Source of the DNA: the human T2T-CHM13v2.0 reference genome, Homo sapiens
Length of the DNA stretch: 64,000 bases
Direction: 5' to 3' (one strand)
Assembly: GCF_009914755.1 (NCBI RefSeq)
Contig: NC_060927.1
Shown here: positions 26,570 through 48,501 of the stretch, in pieces
Numbering within the stretch: the stretch's first letter is position 1
How the letters are laid out: every line of letters starts with the position of its first letter
The notes under the pieces: model-generated
What the model was told of the DNA's origin: nothing
Databases searched by the model: none
The model's input: only the letters and a program-made list of their open reading frames with translations
Translations under genes and position numbers: made by a program

Positions 26570-28807
26570 TTCTGCCCCAGGCCCCCCCAAATCTCATGTC
26601 CTCACAATTCAAAAACAATCATGCCTTCCCAACAGTCCCCCAAAGTCTTAACTCATTTCAGCATTAACTCAAAAGTCCACAGTCCAAAGTCTCATCTGAG
26701 ACAAGGCAAGTTCCTTCCACCTGTGAGTCTGTAAAATCAAAAGCAAGCTAGTTACTTCCTCCTAGATACAATGGGGGTACTGGTATTGGATAAATACAAC
26801 TGTTCCAAATGGGAGAAATTGGGCAAAACAAAGGAGTTACAGGGCCCATGCAAGTCTGAAATCCAGCAGGGTAGTCAAATTTTAGAGCTCCAAAATGATC
26901 TCCTTTGACTCCATGTCTCACATCCAGGTCATGCTAATTCAAGAGGTGGGTTCTCATGGTTTTGGGCAGCTCTGCCCCTGTGGCTTTGCAGGGTACAGCC
27001 CCTCCCTCCCGGCTGCTTTCACAGGCTGGCATTGAGTGTCTGCGGCTTTTCCAGGTGCACAGTGCAAGCCGTCAGTAGATCTACCATTCTGGGGTCTGGA
27101 GAATGGTGACCCTCTTCTCACAGCTCCACTAGGCAGTGCCCAGTAGGGACTCTGTGTGGGGACTCCAACCCCACAATTCCCTTCTGCACTGCCCTAGCAG
27201 AGGTTCTCCATGAGGGCCCCGCCCCTGCAGCAAACTTTTGCCTGGGCATCCATGCGTTTCCATGAATATTCTGAAATCTAGGTGGAGGTTCCCAAACCTC
27301 AATTCTTGACTTCTGTGCACCCGCAGGCTCAACACCACATGGAAGCTGCCACAGCTTGGGGCTTCCACCCTCTGAAGCCACAGCCTAGGCTGTATGTTGG
27401 CCCCTCCCGGTCATGGCTGGAGCAGCTGGGACACAGGGCACCAAGTCCCTAGGCTGCACACAGCACAGGGACCTTGGGCCCGGCTCACAAAACCACTTTT
27501 CTTCCAGGCAGCCAGGCCCGTGATGGGAGGGGCTGTCGTGAAGGTCTCTGACATGCCTGGAAACATTTTCTCTATGGTCTTGGGGATTAACATTAGGCTC
27601 CTTGAAATAGAAACGCTTTTACACTGTTGGTGGGACTGTAAACTAGTTCAACCATTGTGGAAGACAGTGTGGCAATTCCTCAGGGATCTAGAACTAGAAA
27701 TACCATTTGACTCAGGCATCCATTACTGGGCATATACCCAAAGGATTATAAATCATGCTGCTATAAAGACACATGCACACGTATGTTTATTGCAGCACTA
27801 TTCACAATAGCAAACACTTGGAACCAACCCAAATGTCCATCAATGATAGACTGGATTAAGAAAATGTGGCACATACACACCATGGACTACTATTCAGCCA
27901 TAAAAACGGATGAATTCATGTCCTTTGTAGGGACATGGATGAAGCTGGAAACCATCATTCTCAGCAAACTAGCGCAAGGACAAAAAACCAAACACCACAT
28001 GTTCTCACTCATAGGTGGGAATTGAACAATGAGAACACATGGACACCGGAAGGGGAACATCACACACCGGGGCCTGTTGTGCGGTGGGGGAAGGGGGGAA
28101 GGATAGCATTAGGAGATATACCTAATGTTAAATGACGAGTTAATGGGTGCAGCACACCAACATGGCACATGTATACGTATGTAACTAACCTGCACGTTGT
28201 GCACATGTACCCTAGAACGTAAAGTATAATAATAATAATAATAATAAATTAGGATCCCTGCTACTTATGCAAATTTCTGCAGCCAGCTTGAATTTCTCCC
28301 CAGAAAATGGGATTTTCTTTTCTATCACATAGGCAGGCTGCAAATTTTCTGGGTTTTTATGCACTTATTTCCTTATTAAAACTAATGCCTTTAACACACC
28401 CAAGTCACCTCTTGAATGCTTTGCTGCTTAGAAATTTCTTCCACCAGATATCCTAAATCATCTTTCTCAAGTTCAAAGTTCCACAAATCTCTAGGGCAGG
28501 GGCAAAATGCCGCCAATCTCTTTGCTAAAACAACAAGAATCACCTTTGCTCCAGTTCCCAACAATTTCCTTATTTCCATCTGAGACCACCTCAGCCTGAA
28601 CCTTATTGTCCATATTGCTATCAGCATTTTGGGCAAAGCCATTCAACAAGTCTCTAGGAAGTTCCACAGTTTCCCACATTTTCCTATCTTCTTCTGAGCC
28701 TGAGCCCTCCAAACTGTTCCAACAACTGCCTGTTACCCACTTCCAAAGTCACTTCCACATTTTTGGGTATCTTTTCAGCAATGCCCCACTCTACTGGTAC
28801 CAATATC
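26570..28807 (-). mobile_element. THE1 internal region (THE1-int), interrupted by an L1
   Basis: Typical MaLR-internal ORF fragments (27118..27381, 28391..28712). Confidence 0.85.
27605..28247 (+). mobile_element. 5'-truncated L1PA4/5-like 3' end inside THE1-int
   Basis: ORF2 C-terminus, 3'UTR and (AAT)n tail; degenerate TSD ATTAGGCTCCTTG / ATTAGGATCCCTG. Confidence 0.88.
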
Positions 28808-28848
28808 TGTATTAGTCAGGGTTCTCTTAGAGGGACAGAACTAATAGA

Positions 28849-28912
<64 letters not shown>

Positions 28913-29290
28913 GAGTTTATTAAGTATTAGCTTACATGATCACAAGGTCCCACAACAAGCTGTCTGCAAGCTGAGGAGCAAGGAGAGCCAGTCCAAGTCC
29001 CAAAACTGAAGAACTTGGAGTCAGATGTTCAAGCTCAGGAAACATCCAGCACGGGAGAAAGATGTAGGCTGGGAGGCTAGGCCCGTCTCTCCTTTTCACA
29101 TTTTTCCTCCTGCTTTACATTTGCTGGCAGCTGATTTGATTGTGCCGACCAGATTAAGGGTGGATCTGCCTTTCCCAGCCCACTGACTCAAATGTTAATC
29201 TCTTTTGGCAACACCTTTACAGACACACCCAGGATCAATACTTTGTATCCTTCAATCCAATCAAGTTGACACTCACTATTAACCATCACA
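28808..29290 (-). mobile_element. MLT2A-type (HERV-L) LTR containing a (GATA)n(GACA)n microsatellite
   Basis: Minus-strand termini TGTGATGGTTAATAG...GAGAACCCTGACTAATACA. Confidence 0.85.
28849..28912. repeat. (GATA)n(GACA)n tetranucleotide STR
   Basis: About 13 uninterrupted ATAG units followed by ACAG units. Confidence 0.95.
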
Positions 29291-29349
29291 AGTGTGAATA
29301 ATTGTGAGCTTAGTCACATAAATGTCACAAAGCTCAAAGCCTTCTCGCT

Positions 29350-29500
29350 CAAAGTGAGATCCCAGAGCAGCTGCATCATATCACCTGGAAGCTTTGGAAA
29401 TGCGTAATCTCAGGCTCCACCCTGGACATACTGAATCGGAATCTGCATTTTAACAAGATCTACAGGTGATTTATATGCACATTAAAATTTAAAACACACT
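29350..29500. mobile_element. MER5-type hAT-Charlie DNA transposon remnant
   Basis: ATCTCAGGCTCCACC..ACTGAATCGGAATCTGCATTTTAACAAGATC motif. Confidence 0.65.
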
Positions 29501-31339
29501 AACTTAGAGGATATCAAATATAAATTTATTCATTCCCTATTGTCCCCAATTCACACTTCCTCCTAGCAAAATTTTTATATCTGTAAATCTTTTTTTAGTT
29601 TTTGTTACTCTTTTTCATTAATGGATGTGCTAGTCTATCTGTAAATCTCAGTAATTCAGATAGGTATATTTACTGCAGAAGATGATTAATTTACCGCTGA
29701 CCAAAAATTCTAATCATGAAAATATTTCTAACAGGGCAAACTACAGGCTGGATCTCTGGACAAAAGAGCATTCTTAGTCTGTCTAAATTACTAGTTAACC
29801 ACCACCTAACAACTGAGAGACTAGGCATGGGGAGTGCCTTTTTAAAAAGATAAGCGTATGTTAATCACTTCAAGGTATTAATATATATAATTTACTCCAA
29901 GAGAATGAAAAAGACTTTCCCTCTGCTCAGGTGAAGGTGTGTTCACCTCTATTTACAGAGTAGAAAATCTGGCAGAGTAATTACAGATGGAATAAGAGCT
30001 ATAAGCTCCAGATTACTCTCAGGAAACATTTCTTAGTCTAAATGCACTTTTTAATTAGCTCTTCCAATAGCATCATGCTAATTGGCTAATTTGGGAATGA
30101 TATGAGACCCCATGTGCTTTAAAGAAAATCTGTTTGTTGATATGTTTATTTGCAACTGAGACTGTCTTATTGCTGGCAGGACAGATATTATTAAAACAGA
30201 ATCACCTGCTTATTTTAACCAGGTTTTTTTAATGAACACACATGAATTGGATTATCCCTAGGGTTTCAGGAGGAAGTATTAGCATTCTGAGTGATGGGAA
30301 ATTGCCACTTAGCTGGGAAATAAATGAGCTTTAAATAGATCCCATTATTTTTTACGAGGTTATTACTGTAAATGTTTTATAATAGAAGAAATGCCTTTCA
30401 AGTCTATCCTCATTGTTGGTTTATGATTGGGGTGTTAACCTCTAACTAGCCCAGCTCTTCACGTCAAGCCATGGTGAGCTTTCATAAGTGGTTACTACAT
30501 AAAATAAAATTACCCTTTATTGGCCCATATAATATTTCCAACAAGTTCCTTGGTTAACCATGCTGTGAACAAAATGTATTAAGTTTATTTGCCTGAGCTA
30601 GGAAACAGTAGTCTTTAAAACTTTTTATAGGTTCAATATATTCTACTATTAACGAGACTATCCTGAACACTATGGAAACATAGTTTAGGTGAGAACATGG
30701 TGATATATTTGAATATTTATTTATATCTCATCTGAGTATTTCACATTGTTTTACTTCTTTCTCTAACAGATGACACTTTATGATCCAAGCAAATCTCCTC
30801 TCTAGGTTGCTAGTACTATTTAAAATGTGCCTTTTCAGCCTAATTTCTGCCACCAAATAATAATTTTAAAAAAGAAAGTGCATAGATCATCCTGGATTTT
30901 GCAAAGCGTTGTGGTAGACTTCTTCCTCCAGCTTAACATTCTCTTTTCAGCTGCTGCTATTCCACACAGTTGGCTAAGGTTCGTCGCTAAGTTTGGAAAT
31001 GCTAGGGTGCCCCCTACCGTTAAAATGGGAAATCACGTTTCTTAGCCACGCCATTCAAAGAACAATATTCTCCCAAAAAGGGTATTTAACCAAAGCACAG
31101 ATAAGCAATTAGTCACACCGATGGATGGCTGGATGGATGGATGGATGGGAGACAGAGGCAGGTAGTAAATCTACCTGAGGATAAATTTGAAATTTTGAAG
31201 TTAGAAGCTACTTGAGTATTCATCTGGTCTAGAGATCTGTGGGAGATAGGGTGACTGAATATCACATGGTCAAAAGTATACACGTATATGCATTTTTCTA
31301 AAATAATAGTGTGTATAGCTATCATCATTATTTCAAAGG

Positions 31340-33620
31340 TATACATAACCTGGGTCACTCTCTCTCCACTACCTTCCCTGTCATCTTTCTTGGTGGTATC
31401 AGTGTCCCTGTAGGTGATTCATCTACTTAACATCAGACTTCTCACTTCTTGAACTCCCTTTTTTAATGAACCTGTTCTCCACCTACTTTAGTCACTCAGG
31501 CCCATTATCACACCCTAAATTTTATTACCAACATCTCTACCACCTGCAGAATCTCATTTGCAGGCATTCCACTCTGATCACCAACACTTATTTTTCTAGC
31601 TTATTTTTTATAGTATTCCTCTACAACTTTTGACCCATAGGAATGGCCCAGTTCATTATCCCTGCCATTTTTTCAGTACCATCTCATTTCTGAACTTCTT
31701 CCTGACAGATCTTAGTCTCCATGTCACGTCACTAGAACTATTTCCTTGCATAAATTCAACTTTGTGCCTCCCTCCCACCATTTTATTCCGCAGGTAAAAT
31801 TCCAGCCCTAGTCAAATATAAATCTCCATTTATTCCAGATCCAAAGTCTAGTAGTTGCATAAGAAAAAAACTGACTGAAGAAAAACACAAAACCAAGTGA
31901 CCAATCTCATTTTAAATTTATAATTAAAAAATTCAAGAGGGCTTGCAGTCCTACTATGTTTTCTAGTCAAGTCACTGCCTCACTCTCTAAATCAGTTCTC
32001 CTTCCTCACCTTTCGTCCAGCCCTCAACACACCCTCCTCCTTTCTTACTCTCAGCTGATAACCCTTTTTTATATATACAACTTGCCATCCTGTTGTCCTC
32101 TTATACAACTGACAGCTGTTCCAAAGAAACCTCTCCACTTCTACACTGTATCCCAACCCCTTTCCCAACTCAAGAATTTGCTCCTGTAATTATTTCCTCT
32201 TACTCCTTTATTCTCCTCAACTATACAATTCCTATCAACACGAATTGTGCTATAAAATCTCATATGTTTAAAAAGCATCTTTTCTCTGCCCTCTTTAAAA
32301 AAAAAAAAACAGTGTCTTACTCTGTTGCCCAGGCTGGAGTGCAGTGGCACACTCTAGGCTCACTGCAAACCTCCGCCTTCCAGGTTCAAGCGATTCTCAT
32401 GCCTCAGCCCCCCCAGTAAGTGGGACTACAGGTGAGCATCACCACACCTGGCTAATTTTTGTATTTTTAGTACAGATGGGGTTTTGCCATGTTGGCCAGG
32501 CTTGTCTCAAACTCCTGGGCTCCAGCAATCCTCCCGCCTCAGCCTCCCAAAGTGCTGGGATTACAGACATGAGCCACCACACCCGGCCCTCTCTGCCCTC
32601 TTCATAGCAGAGTTTGTTAAAGAGTTCTCCATCATACACACTACTTACCTCCTAAACTTTTGTGAACCCATTTTCATGAAACTGCGACTCCACTACTGGC
32701 ATCAAAAGAGCTCCTGTCAAGGTTGCCAGTAACATCCAATTGTCAAACTTCATGGTCAATTCTCAGGCTTCACCTTTACCTCCAAATAGCATTGTCAGTT
32801 GATTTCTCCCTCCTTCTTAAAATACCTCTTCACTTGAGTAAGTGCTCCATAAACGTCTGTTGAATTAATGACCCCAAAAATATTAAGAGTGCAGAACCAA
32901 TCCCAGATTCCAGTGCAAATGAAAGAGCAGGGCTTAACCTTCTCATCTAAGTTTTACATAGGTGATAGATGGCTTAAATTGGGACTTGGCATTGATGGGC
33001 CAATCTTTATTCTTCCAATATTCTGTGAGTGATTGCATACTGTTGTCCCTGTTTAGTCTGTATATCTTTTTCATTAGTTCCCCAAAGATTTATGGAGCAC
33101 TACTCCATGCCAGGTAATGTGTATCTAGAAATTTGTCAATTTGGATTATGTCCTCAGAAAACGTATACTATAAATTAAATAGAAGAGGCAAGTATATAGC
33201 TAATTATCAGACAAAATACAAAGTAATTGTTGTCTCACAAAGGCACAGAGAACTAAGCAAGTTCAAAGGAAAGACAGATTCTTTGTAGCCAGAGAATGAT
33301 TCCGGGAAATTTTGTAACAATAGTAAACTTTGAACTATTCCTTAAAAAAGATGTAGAACGTAGGCATGTAGAAAGTGGGGAAAGGAGGATGGAAGTATTT
33401 CCAGGGGAAGATATGAGTATAGTGGATAGCAGTCACAGAAATGTCATATAGTTCAGTTCTTGCTGAAGCAAAGAATAGATGAAAGGGAGTGATATGAAAT
33501 GAGGTCAAAAAGAAGCATTAGAGGAAAACACTGTAGGGCCTTATGATGCTAGGCTAAGAATGTACATTTTTCTAAAAAATGGGAAAACTGTTGAAAGTTT
33601 TAAGGTATAGTAGTGGCAAG
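31340..33620. mobile_element. Decayed L2 fragments
   Basis: C/T-rich L2-like segments and an L2-like 3' end (GTGCTCCATAAACGTCTGTTGAATTAATGA, ~32840-32870); boundaries uncertain. Confidence 0.45.
32297..32587 (-). mobile_element. Alu (J/S-type)
   Basis: Reverse-complement Alu consensus. Confidence 0.85.
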
Positions 33621-33769
33621 ATTGTAAAGGCTGGAATAGAATGGACTATAAGTAGAAAAAATCATCAAAGCATAGGTGAAGCACTGTCAAACAAGGAGAA
33701 TGCCTGTGAATGGAGAGGTAGTGACAGATTACAGATGTTCCAGAAATTGAATAGGTACGGTGGAAGGCA

Positions 33770-35830
<2,061 letters not shown>

Positions 35831-35873
35831 ATGAGAGGCTGTGCTTAAAGCCTGAAACAAGTGATAGAAATGC

Positions 35874-40720
<4,847 letters not shown>

Positions 40721-41209
40721 CCATGTATCCATATCTTCTAGACAACAAGAGGTGAAGCTTTTAAATGATGTCAGTTCAGCTACCCTAATTTTTATTAAAA
40801 GGCTCAAACTTTTAAACAGGGTTTGCCCAGATAAGCAGCACTAGGTCCCTTGCCCCAAAGCCATCCTGCATTCAGGGCAGGGAGCAAACCCCTCAATCAG
40901 CTAAACTTAAATTCATGTGGCTCAAGGATCACTTCCATCACCTGTGCCACTTTGATTCTAGCTGGTTTAACTCATAGAAGAAACTTCAACAGGAGGTATG
41001 TTTCTGAATCCTAGGCAATTCCGAAACAAGAAGCAATGGAAGCAATTCCTAGGCACAGAATTGAAGGGGTGCACTTGAAAAGAATATTGACAATAGACTG
41101 CTAAATAGCACCTGCACTCTATTCAGTCCCTAGCACCTCAAAGAATAATGAAAAGTATAGAATAGGCTGAGTAGGGAAGACAGATACTTCATAATAAAAA
41201 GTAATGACC

Positions 41210-41628
<419 letters not shown>

Positions 41629-42957
41629 TCAAAATTAACTTCATTTCTTCCAAATTAGTTTAAGTCCATAGGTCATAAATTCTAGCTAATGTACACATAT
41701 GAGCACCCTGGTAAGTTTCAAATCAAGGTTTTCTCCATTTCTCTCCTTCACTCAGATATCACATAATTTCTTCTATGGCTTCGGTGACATACAGATACTG
41801 GGTTGTAGAAACACAATTTTCACTGAGAAAATTGCTCTGAGATAACTGCTCTCAGAGCTAAGAATTGGCTTATTTCCTAAATTTGGTGGGAGCTATGAAA
41901 TCTTGTATGCCTTGTTACATCTTTGACTTCCTAAAATTGAAGCTCAGCCCGCTGAGTCACTTCAGTTAAGTGACTATGAGTTTAAGAGCCAGGATGGACC
42001 TATGGTCTTCCCAGTGAGAAGCAGCTCAAGACGCAGCTGCTTAAAGGAAACACACCTCTCCCCAGGTCTTCCAAACACCTTGGCTGAAACTAGGCAGAAG
42101 CAGAAAAAAGGGAGAGAGAATTTCCTTGGATTTTTAACTCACTGGACACTAGATAATTTGATTTCAGTCTTGAATTACTTTGAATTTTATCTTCAGATTT
42201 TAACTGGCAAGGAAATTTAACATTTGGGTATTATTTATTCCTGTGAATTTGACACTAGAAAGTTTATTCAAATTTTATCATCTTCATGTTTATCATCTTT
42301 ATGTTGGCATTTTATTACCAGAGTATCTCAATGCTATTATTTATTCTCATTGTAGAATTCTCATTGTAGAATCCCTTATACGCTATGTTGGACCACATGA
42401 CTGGGCATAAGTTGGAATGAGAAATAGAATAAAATGATAACTTTTTTATTTGTCAATGGAGTTTCCTTGACATTGAAAACGTACAGTTCTGACCCATTTT
42501 ATAGGCTACCAGGGACAAAATATAAAGAACCCACCAGTGGTAGGAGGAGGATACACAAAGGAACCTCAATTGGTACTTTTAGAGTAGATTTAGGAAAGTG
42601 AATCAGGACCATCCTGAAAGATGGCTTATCTCCTCCCTTAAGGGCAACGGCCCCATGCCTGCTTGACCATAGTTTGATGACTTAAGCCAAACGTGTTAAG
42701 AAAGCATGAGTTTAGAGATCATTTGGAAAAGATTGCTTATTCCCCAAACCTTATAATGTTTTCTTTTGTCTTGTTTTTGCTGTCTTAAAAGCTTTAAATT
42801 TGTGGTTTTTAATATATGGAAAGAGCTCCTCTAGCTGTATTCTTCATTTGTTCTTTTAAAGAATTAATTTTTAAAAGACAAGTAATTTTTTAATAGAAAA
42901 GGAAATGTAAGGAAGTCAAGATCGCTTTTTTTTTTTCTTAAAATTTTTCACCTGTAG

Positions 42958-43241
<284 letters not shown>

Positions 43242-43569
43242 TCACCTGTAGTTCCATGCACAAGATCTAGCTTTTAGTCCACTACATAAACATGAATCTC
43301 CTTACTCTTGGTGTGTTACTACATTTTGATCACCTGTGACAGAAATTGCAGTTCAAATTGGCTTAACCAACAAAGAAAATTAAACTTGGCATCACAAATC
43401 ACACTATGAATTCAGACGGCCAACTAAAATATATGGAATTCTTAGGCCTACAAAACTTCTAATATCATTCTGAACTGTCTTTGCTGAGGCTGAATGTTAA
43501 CTCTTCAATCACTTGTCAAGCTCTTAGGTGCTTTATGGAAAACAATAAATTTTAAAATCCAAAATCTAA

Positions 43570-43575
43570 TTTATT
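43570..43575 (-). terminator. Probable EFHB polyadenylation signal AATAAA
   Basis: tttatt on the + strand, ~135 nt downstream of the stop, followed by a T-rich region on the minus strand. Confidence 0.7.
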
Positions 43576-43708
43576 AGCAACACATACAGGCATATGAGTC
43601 TTACCACTGTGAACTCTAACATAATATCTAAAACCAGAATGGATTCAACATTTTAGATAAACACAGAGTTAATAATTCTTTTGCTTGAATGAATGAAGTC
43701 CAAAAATA

Positions 43709-43882
43709 TCACATGAGTGTTTTACACTTGATCCGGTCTGCATGCCGTAGCTCATCTAGAACATTTCTGATGTTCTCAACACAAACTTCTCCTCTGTGAT
43801 GCTTTTTTGATGCAAGATTCCATACATTTTCAAATTCTTCATCAGACAGTTTGACACCAATGTTACACAATATCTCTGCAAT
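43709..43882 (-). CDS. EFHB: EFHB terminal coding exon (IAEILCNIGVKLSDEEFENVW...RIKCKTLM*)
   Basis: TAG acceptor after TTTTTC; 58 codons ending in TGA at 43709-43711. Confidence 0.92.
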   Translation of the reverse strand: MAEILCNIGVKLSDEEFENVWNLASKKHHRGEVCVENIRNVLDELRHADRIKCKTLM

Positions 43883-44303
43883 CTAGAAAAAGGCATTTAA
43901 AATAGACCATGATTTATATGTTTTAAAACTTGTAATGAAAAATATCTTTATAACATCTAAGACTATGGATATTTTTCCAAAAAAGTATGTGTGAAAAGTA
44001 TGTGTGTGTATGTATTTGTGTGTGTGCATGTGCTTGTATATATACATAATGAGAAAATATCAAAATTCTAATACTGTCAGCTCAGGAATAATTTTGTTAT
44101 TATAATATGAGGGTGTTCAAATACACTAGCCAATATATAAAGTTACTTTCAACTTTAAATGTCTCATTATTTTAAGGAGAGGTAGCAAAATTTAAGTAAA
44201 AAGAGTGAAAAAAATAAAGAAGACTTGCTAGGTTTGAGTTCCATTTCAGTCATTTATTGTCATTTTGGTCTTGTGTATGTCACCTAAGCCACTTGAACAT
44301 TAG

Positions 44304-44641
<338 letters not shown>

Positions 44642-46109
44642 AAGTTTTGTATTCTTTAAAATACAAACATTTATAAAATGTATCTAACTGGCCTGTTGGA
44701 ACTTTAACTATGTGTGCAAATGGCAGATAGTGTACCCATGATTAAGAGAGGACACTAAAAGCCAAGCACACTGAAAACCAGCAACCTTTGGTTACAAATA
44801 ATCTCTCTACAGTGATAATTATTAAAACAGATGAAGGCGGGGAAAAACATGCTTCTTATGTCTTAAGAAAAATATAGGAAAGGAAAGTAAGAACTAGTAG
44901 CGGGAAGAAACAATAGAATGAGTAGTGGGAATAAAGTATGTGAAAACAAAATTTTAAAATGAAACTAAATTTAAAAGAAGCATTTACTATGAAGCATTCA
45001 GAAAAAAAAAACAAAAAGGGAAATGAAAAGGTTAGAAGCGAATAGCCAAAGAAATAAAATAGTTGCAGAATACATCTATTAAACAGAATCTCAACAATTA
45101 AAAAATCCCCTAGAAATGATGTACCCTTGTGGGAAATTAGTGTAATTAAATACAAATTAAGTACTATTCAAATACAAATCAAATTCTGAAATTCAGAAGA
45201 GCAGAGCTGCTAGCAACTGCAGCTATAAAGCAAAAACACAATACCCCTATGCATAGCTGCTATTTTCCCCACCCACTGGTAGTTTAAAAAGGCCCCTGCA
45301 GAGTGAGCTCAGGAATGGTTTGAGTCAGTCTTGAGCATCCCAGACCTTCTCCCCTGCTTCCTTCCCCACTCCTTGGAGGCTTTGCTCCAGTGGTTTGGCA
45401 TTCTATCAGTAGTATGCTGACTACCTAACATGTCTACTGAAATCTATCCATCCTCAAGTCAACATTATTATTCCAAGCAGGTCTTTGACTTCTTACTTTT
45501 TGTCTAGAATTGTGGGATAAAAGATGACTTCCTAGTTAAAAGGATGACTTCCTTTAGGGGTTATGAAACAAGCAGGAGATTTCTGTTTCTTTTGGAAACC
45601 CTAAAGTTCTATTTCATAGGCCTTTCAGAGTGATTGAGGAAAGTGAAAACACAATCTGGAGGTTTTCTTCTTTGACCCACAGGAAGGATACCAAGTTCCT
45701 CCTTTGGGGCCAGTAAGAAAGCATCAGCCTCTGTCTCTTCTTCCTCTCTGTCCTGCGTCCGTGTGAAAGAATTGCTGGGATGCATCTGCCATTAATTCGG
45801 TTAGTATTTAATACATTTCCAAGCCATCAACCCTTCATCTGAAGTCCGAAAAGACATCGTATGTCTTTTCCTTTATCATTTCTAGCTCCAGCTATGAAGG
45901 TTCTGAAGAAGCAAGTACTCCCTGAATTATACCTGCTTTCCATAAGCACAGATGTAGACAGGCTAGTCTAACTGAGCACTGCTATCAATCTCTGGCCCTC
46001 AGCACCCCAGTGGCTATTCAGACCTAGCTGGTTTTATAACCCTAGCTTTATAACTCATCTAGGAAGAGGAACATCTCAGATGTGGGCATCATGTTTTCTG
46101 AGTCAAAAA

Positions 46110-46146
<37 letters not shown>

Positions 46147-46647
46147 AAATAATTAAATAATTAAATAAGACAGATGTATTACCTTACCTGTGTTGTGGCA
46201 ACAAGACAGAATATTTTAAATCAATGCTTGTCACAGATAATCTGAGACATATGATACCAGTGGACAAGAAGGGTAGCAAAGTGACCATCCTCATGCCCAC
46301 TCTTAGTTCTAGAGGCCCAAGGCCATCAGGATGCTTACATAAGGAAGGGGTTGATCCTGTTCCTTTTCTCAACTAGAATAGTATTAAATGTTTTAGAAAA
46401 ATATTTTTCTTCTTTACGTGGACCATATTGAATGTAAAATATGAATTTGCTCTTTCTGTCACAGCATAAATTCTACCTCAAGAATTGTACCAGATGTCAC
46501 AACCAAGTTGAGGATTATTCATCAAGAATCCTATACTTGGGGATCCTGTAGACTTTTGTAAATATAAAAATTCAAGTTTTTAAAATTCTAAAATAGTAGT
46601 TGTTGATAGAGAAAACATTTCCATTTTTGTATGCTTATATGCTATAC

Positions 46648-46829
46648 CTCTTCTTTTGATCTGGTCTTGAAGAAGTCTCTTTCAAACACTCCTTTCCGGG
46701 CAAAAATGGTAGGATATAGTAGTGAATATGCACTACCTTCTTCACCATAATTAGTTCTGTCACTGATGCGACGAATTCGGGGAGCAGGAATGTCAGATCG
46801 AATGGTTGGAACACCACAAATGGGGTAAC
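46648..46829 (-). CDS. EFHB: EFHB penultimate coding exon (CYPICGVPTIRSDIPAP...FFKTRSKEE)
   Basis: 182 bp, TAG acceptor, GTATAG donor, phase 1-0; matches ORF 46642..46893. Confidence 0.93.
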
Positions 46830-47040
46830 CTAGGTCATTGATGAGGGAAGAAAACAGACATTCTAAAACAAAGCTGTGTAACACAGTAGCCACCAGTCAC
46901 ATGTGCATACTGAGCACTTAAAATGTAGCTAGGAAGAATTTTGGTGTATTCCAAATGTAAAATTCAAACATTTTAGTACAAAAAAGGAAAATATTTAATA
47001 ATTGTTATATTGATTAGTTATTGAAATGATAATATTTTGA

Positions 47041-47409
<369 letters not shown>

Positions 47410-47649
47410 TAATGCTAAAAAGTTTGTAAATACATAGATGACTTCAATTTTATTTCTATTGGACAACACAGTCTAACGAGAGTAACAAGATTTCATTACT
47501 CTAGAATGTATAGCATGTCTATAAAAATCCAGTTGAGAAAAATATGTAAATCCTCAATCATGTCCTTATTCCAAGGATGTGATCTTGATCAACATAAAAT
47601 AGTTTTTCTATATCACCAATATTCATCATGCTTCATATTGATATATGGA

Positions 47650-48102
47650 TGTTATAGGTTGAATTGTCTCCTCCCAAAATTTAGATGGTGAAGTCCTAAC
47701 CTCCACTAACTCAGAGTGTGACCCTATTTGGAAATAAGGTCTTTTCAGGTATAATTAATTAAGATAAGGTCATACTGGAGTATGGTGGGCCCCTAACCTA
47801 ATATGGCTAGAGTTCTTGTAAAATGAAGAAATTTGGACACAGACATGAAAATGGGGAGAACACCACGTGAAGATGAAGGCAGAGATCAGGGTGATGCTGA
47901 AGAAGCCAAGTGGTGCCAAAGACTGCCAGCAAATCATCAGAAACTAGGGAAGAGGCATGGACAGATTCTCCTTTACAATCCACCAGAGGAACCAATCCTG
48001 CTGACACCTTGCACGTCAAGCCTCCAGAACTGTGAGACAATAAAATTCTATTAAGACACCAGTTTGTGGTACTTTGATACAGCAGCCCCAGCAAACTAAC
48101 AC
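47650..48102 (+). mobile_element. MLT1 (MLT1C-like) solo LTR
   Basis: TGTTATAGGTTGAATTGT...GCAAACTAACACA termini with an internal AATAAA. Confidence 0.75.
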
Positions 48103-48501
48103 ATGGGGAATGAATATGCAGAGAAATGTTATGTAAAAGCTCTTTAAATATTTGAAGGCAGATATGTATGGAGCTAAGAATCATATGGTTTTAAAATCGT
48201 CTAATATTAATACTTGGTGGAGTCTGAATTACTACAATGTATAACATTCAATGTTCTGATCTATAATGGTTTCCATTTCATTAATATATAAAGAATCATT
48301 TTACTTTGGTCATCATTGGCAATTCCGTTCAATCAACATTTATATGTGGGCCTCTCCTCCCCAGGTGGTTAGAATATGAATTAAATGCAAGGTACAAAGC
48401 TTTGGGAAACTTAGTCTAACGGAGAAAGGCAGGGGACAATGCAAGGACAGACAGAGGACAGTTTGTTGATGCTTTTAAAACTTGACAAATAAGTGACATA
48501 C

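Noticed and set aside
43544-43549. + strand AATAAA facing the EFHB polyA signal, suggesting a convergent transcript
   Set aside because: Expected by chance in AT-rich DNA; no + strand exons were identified.
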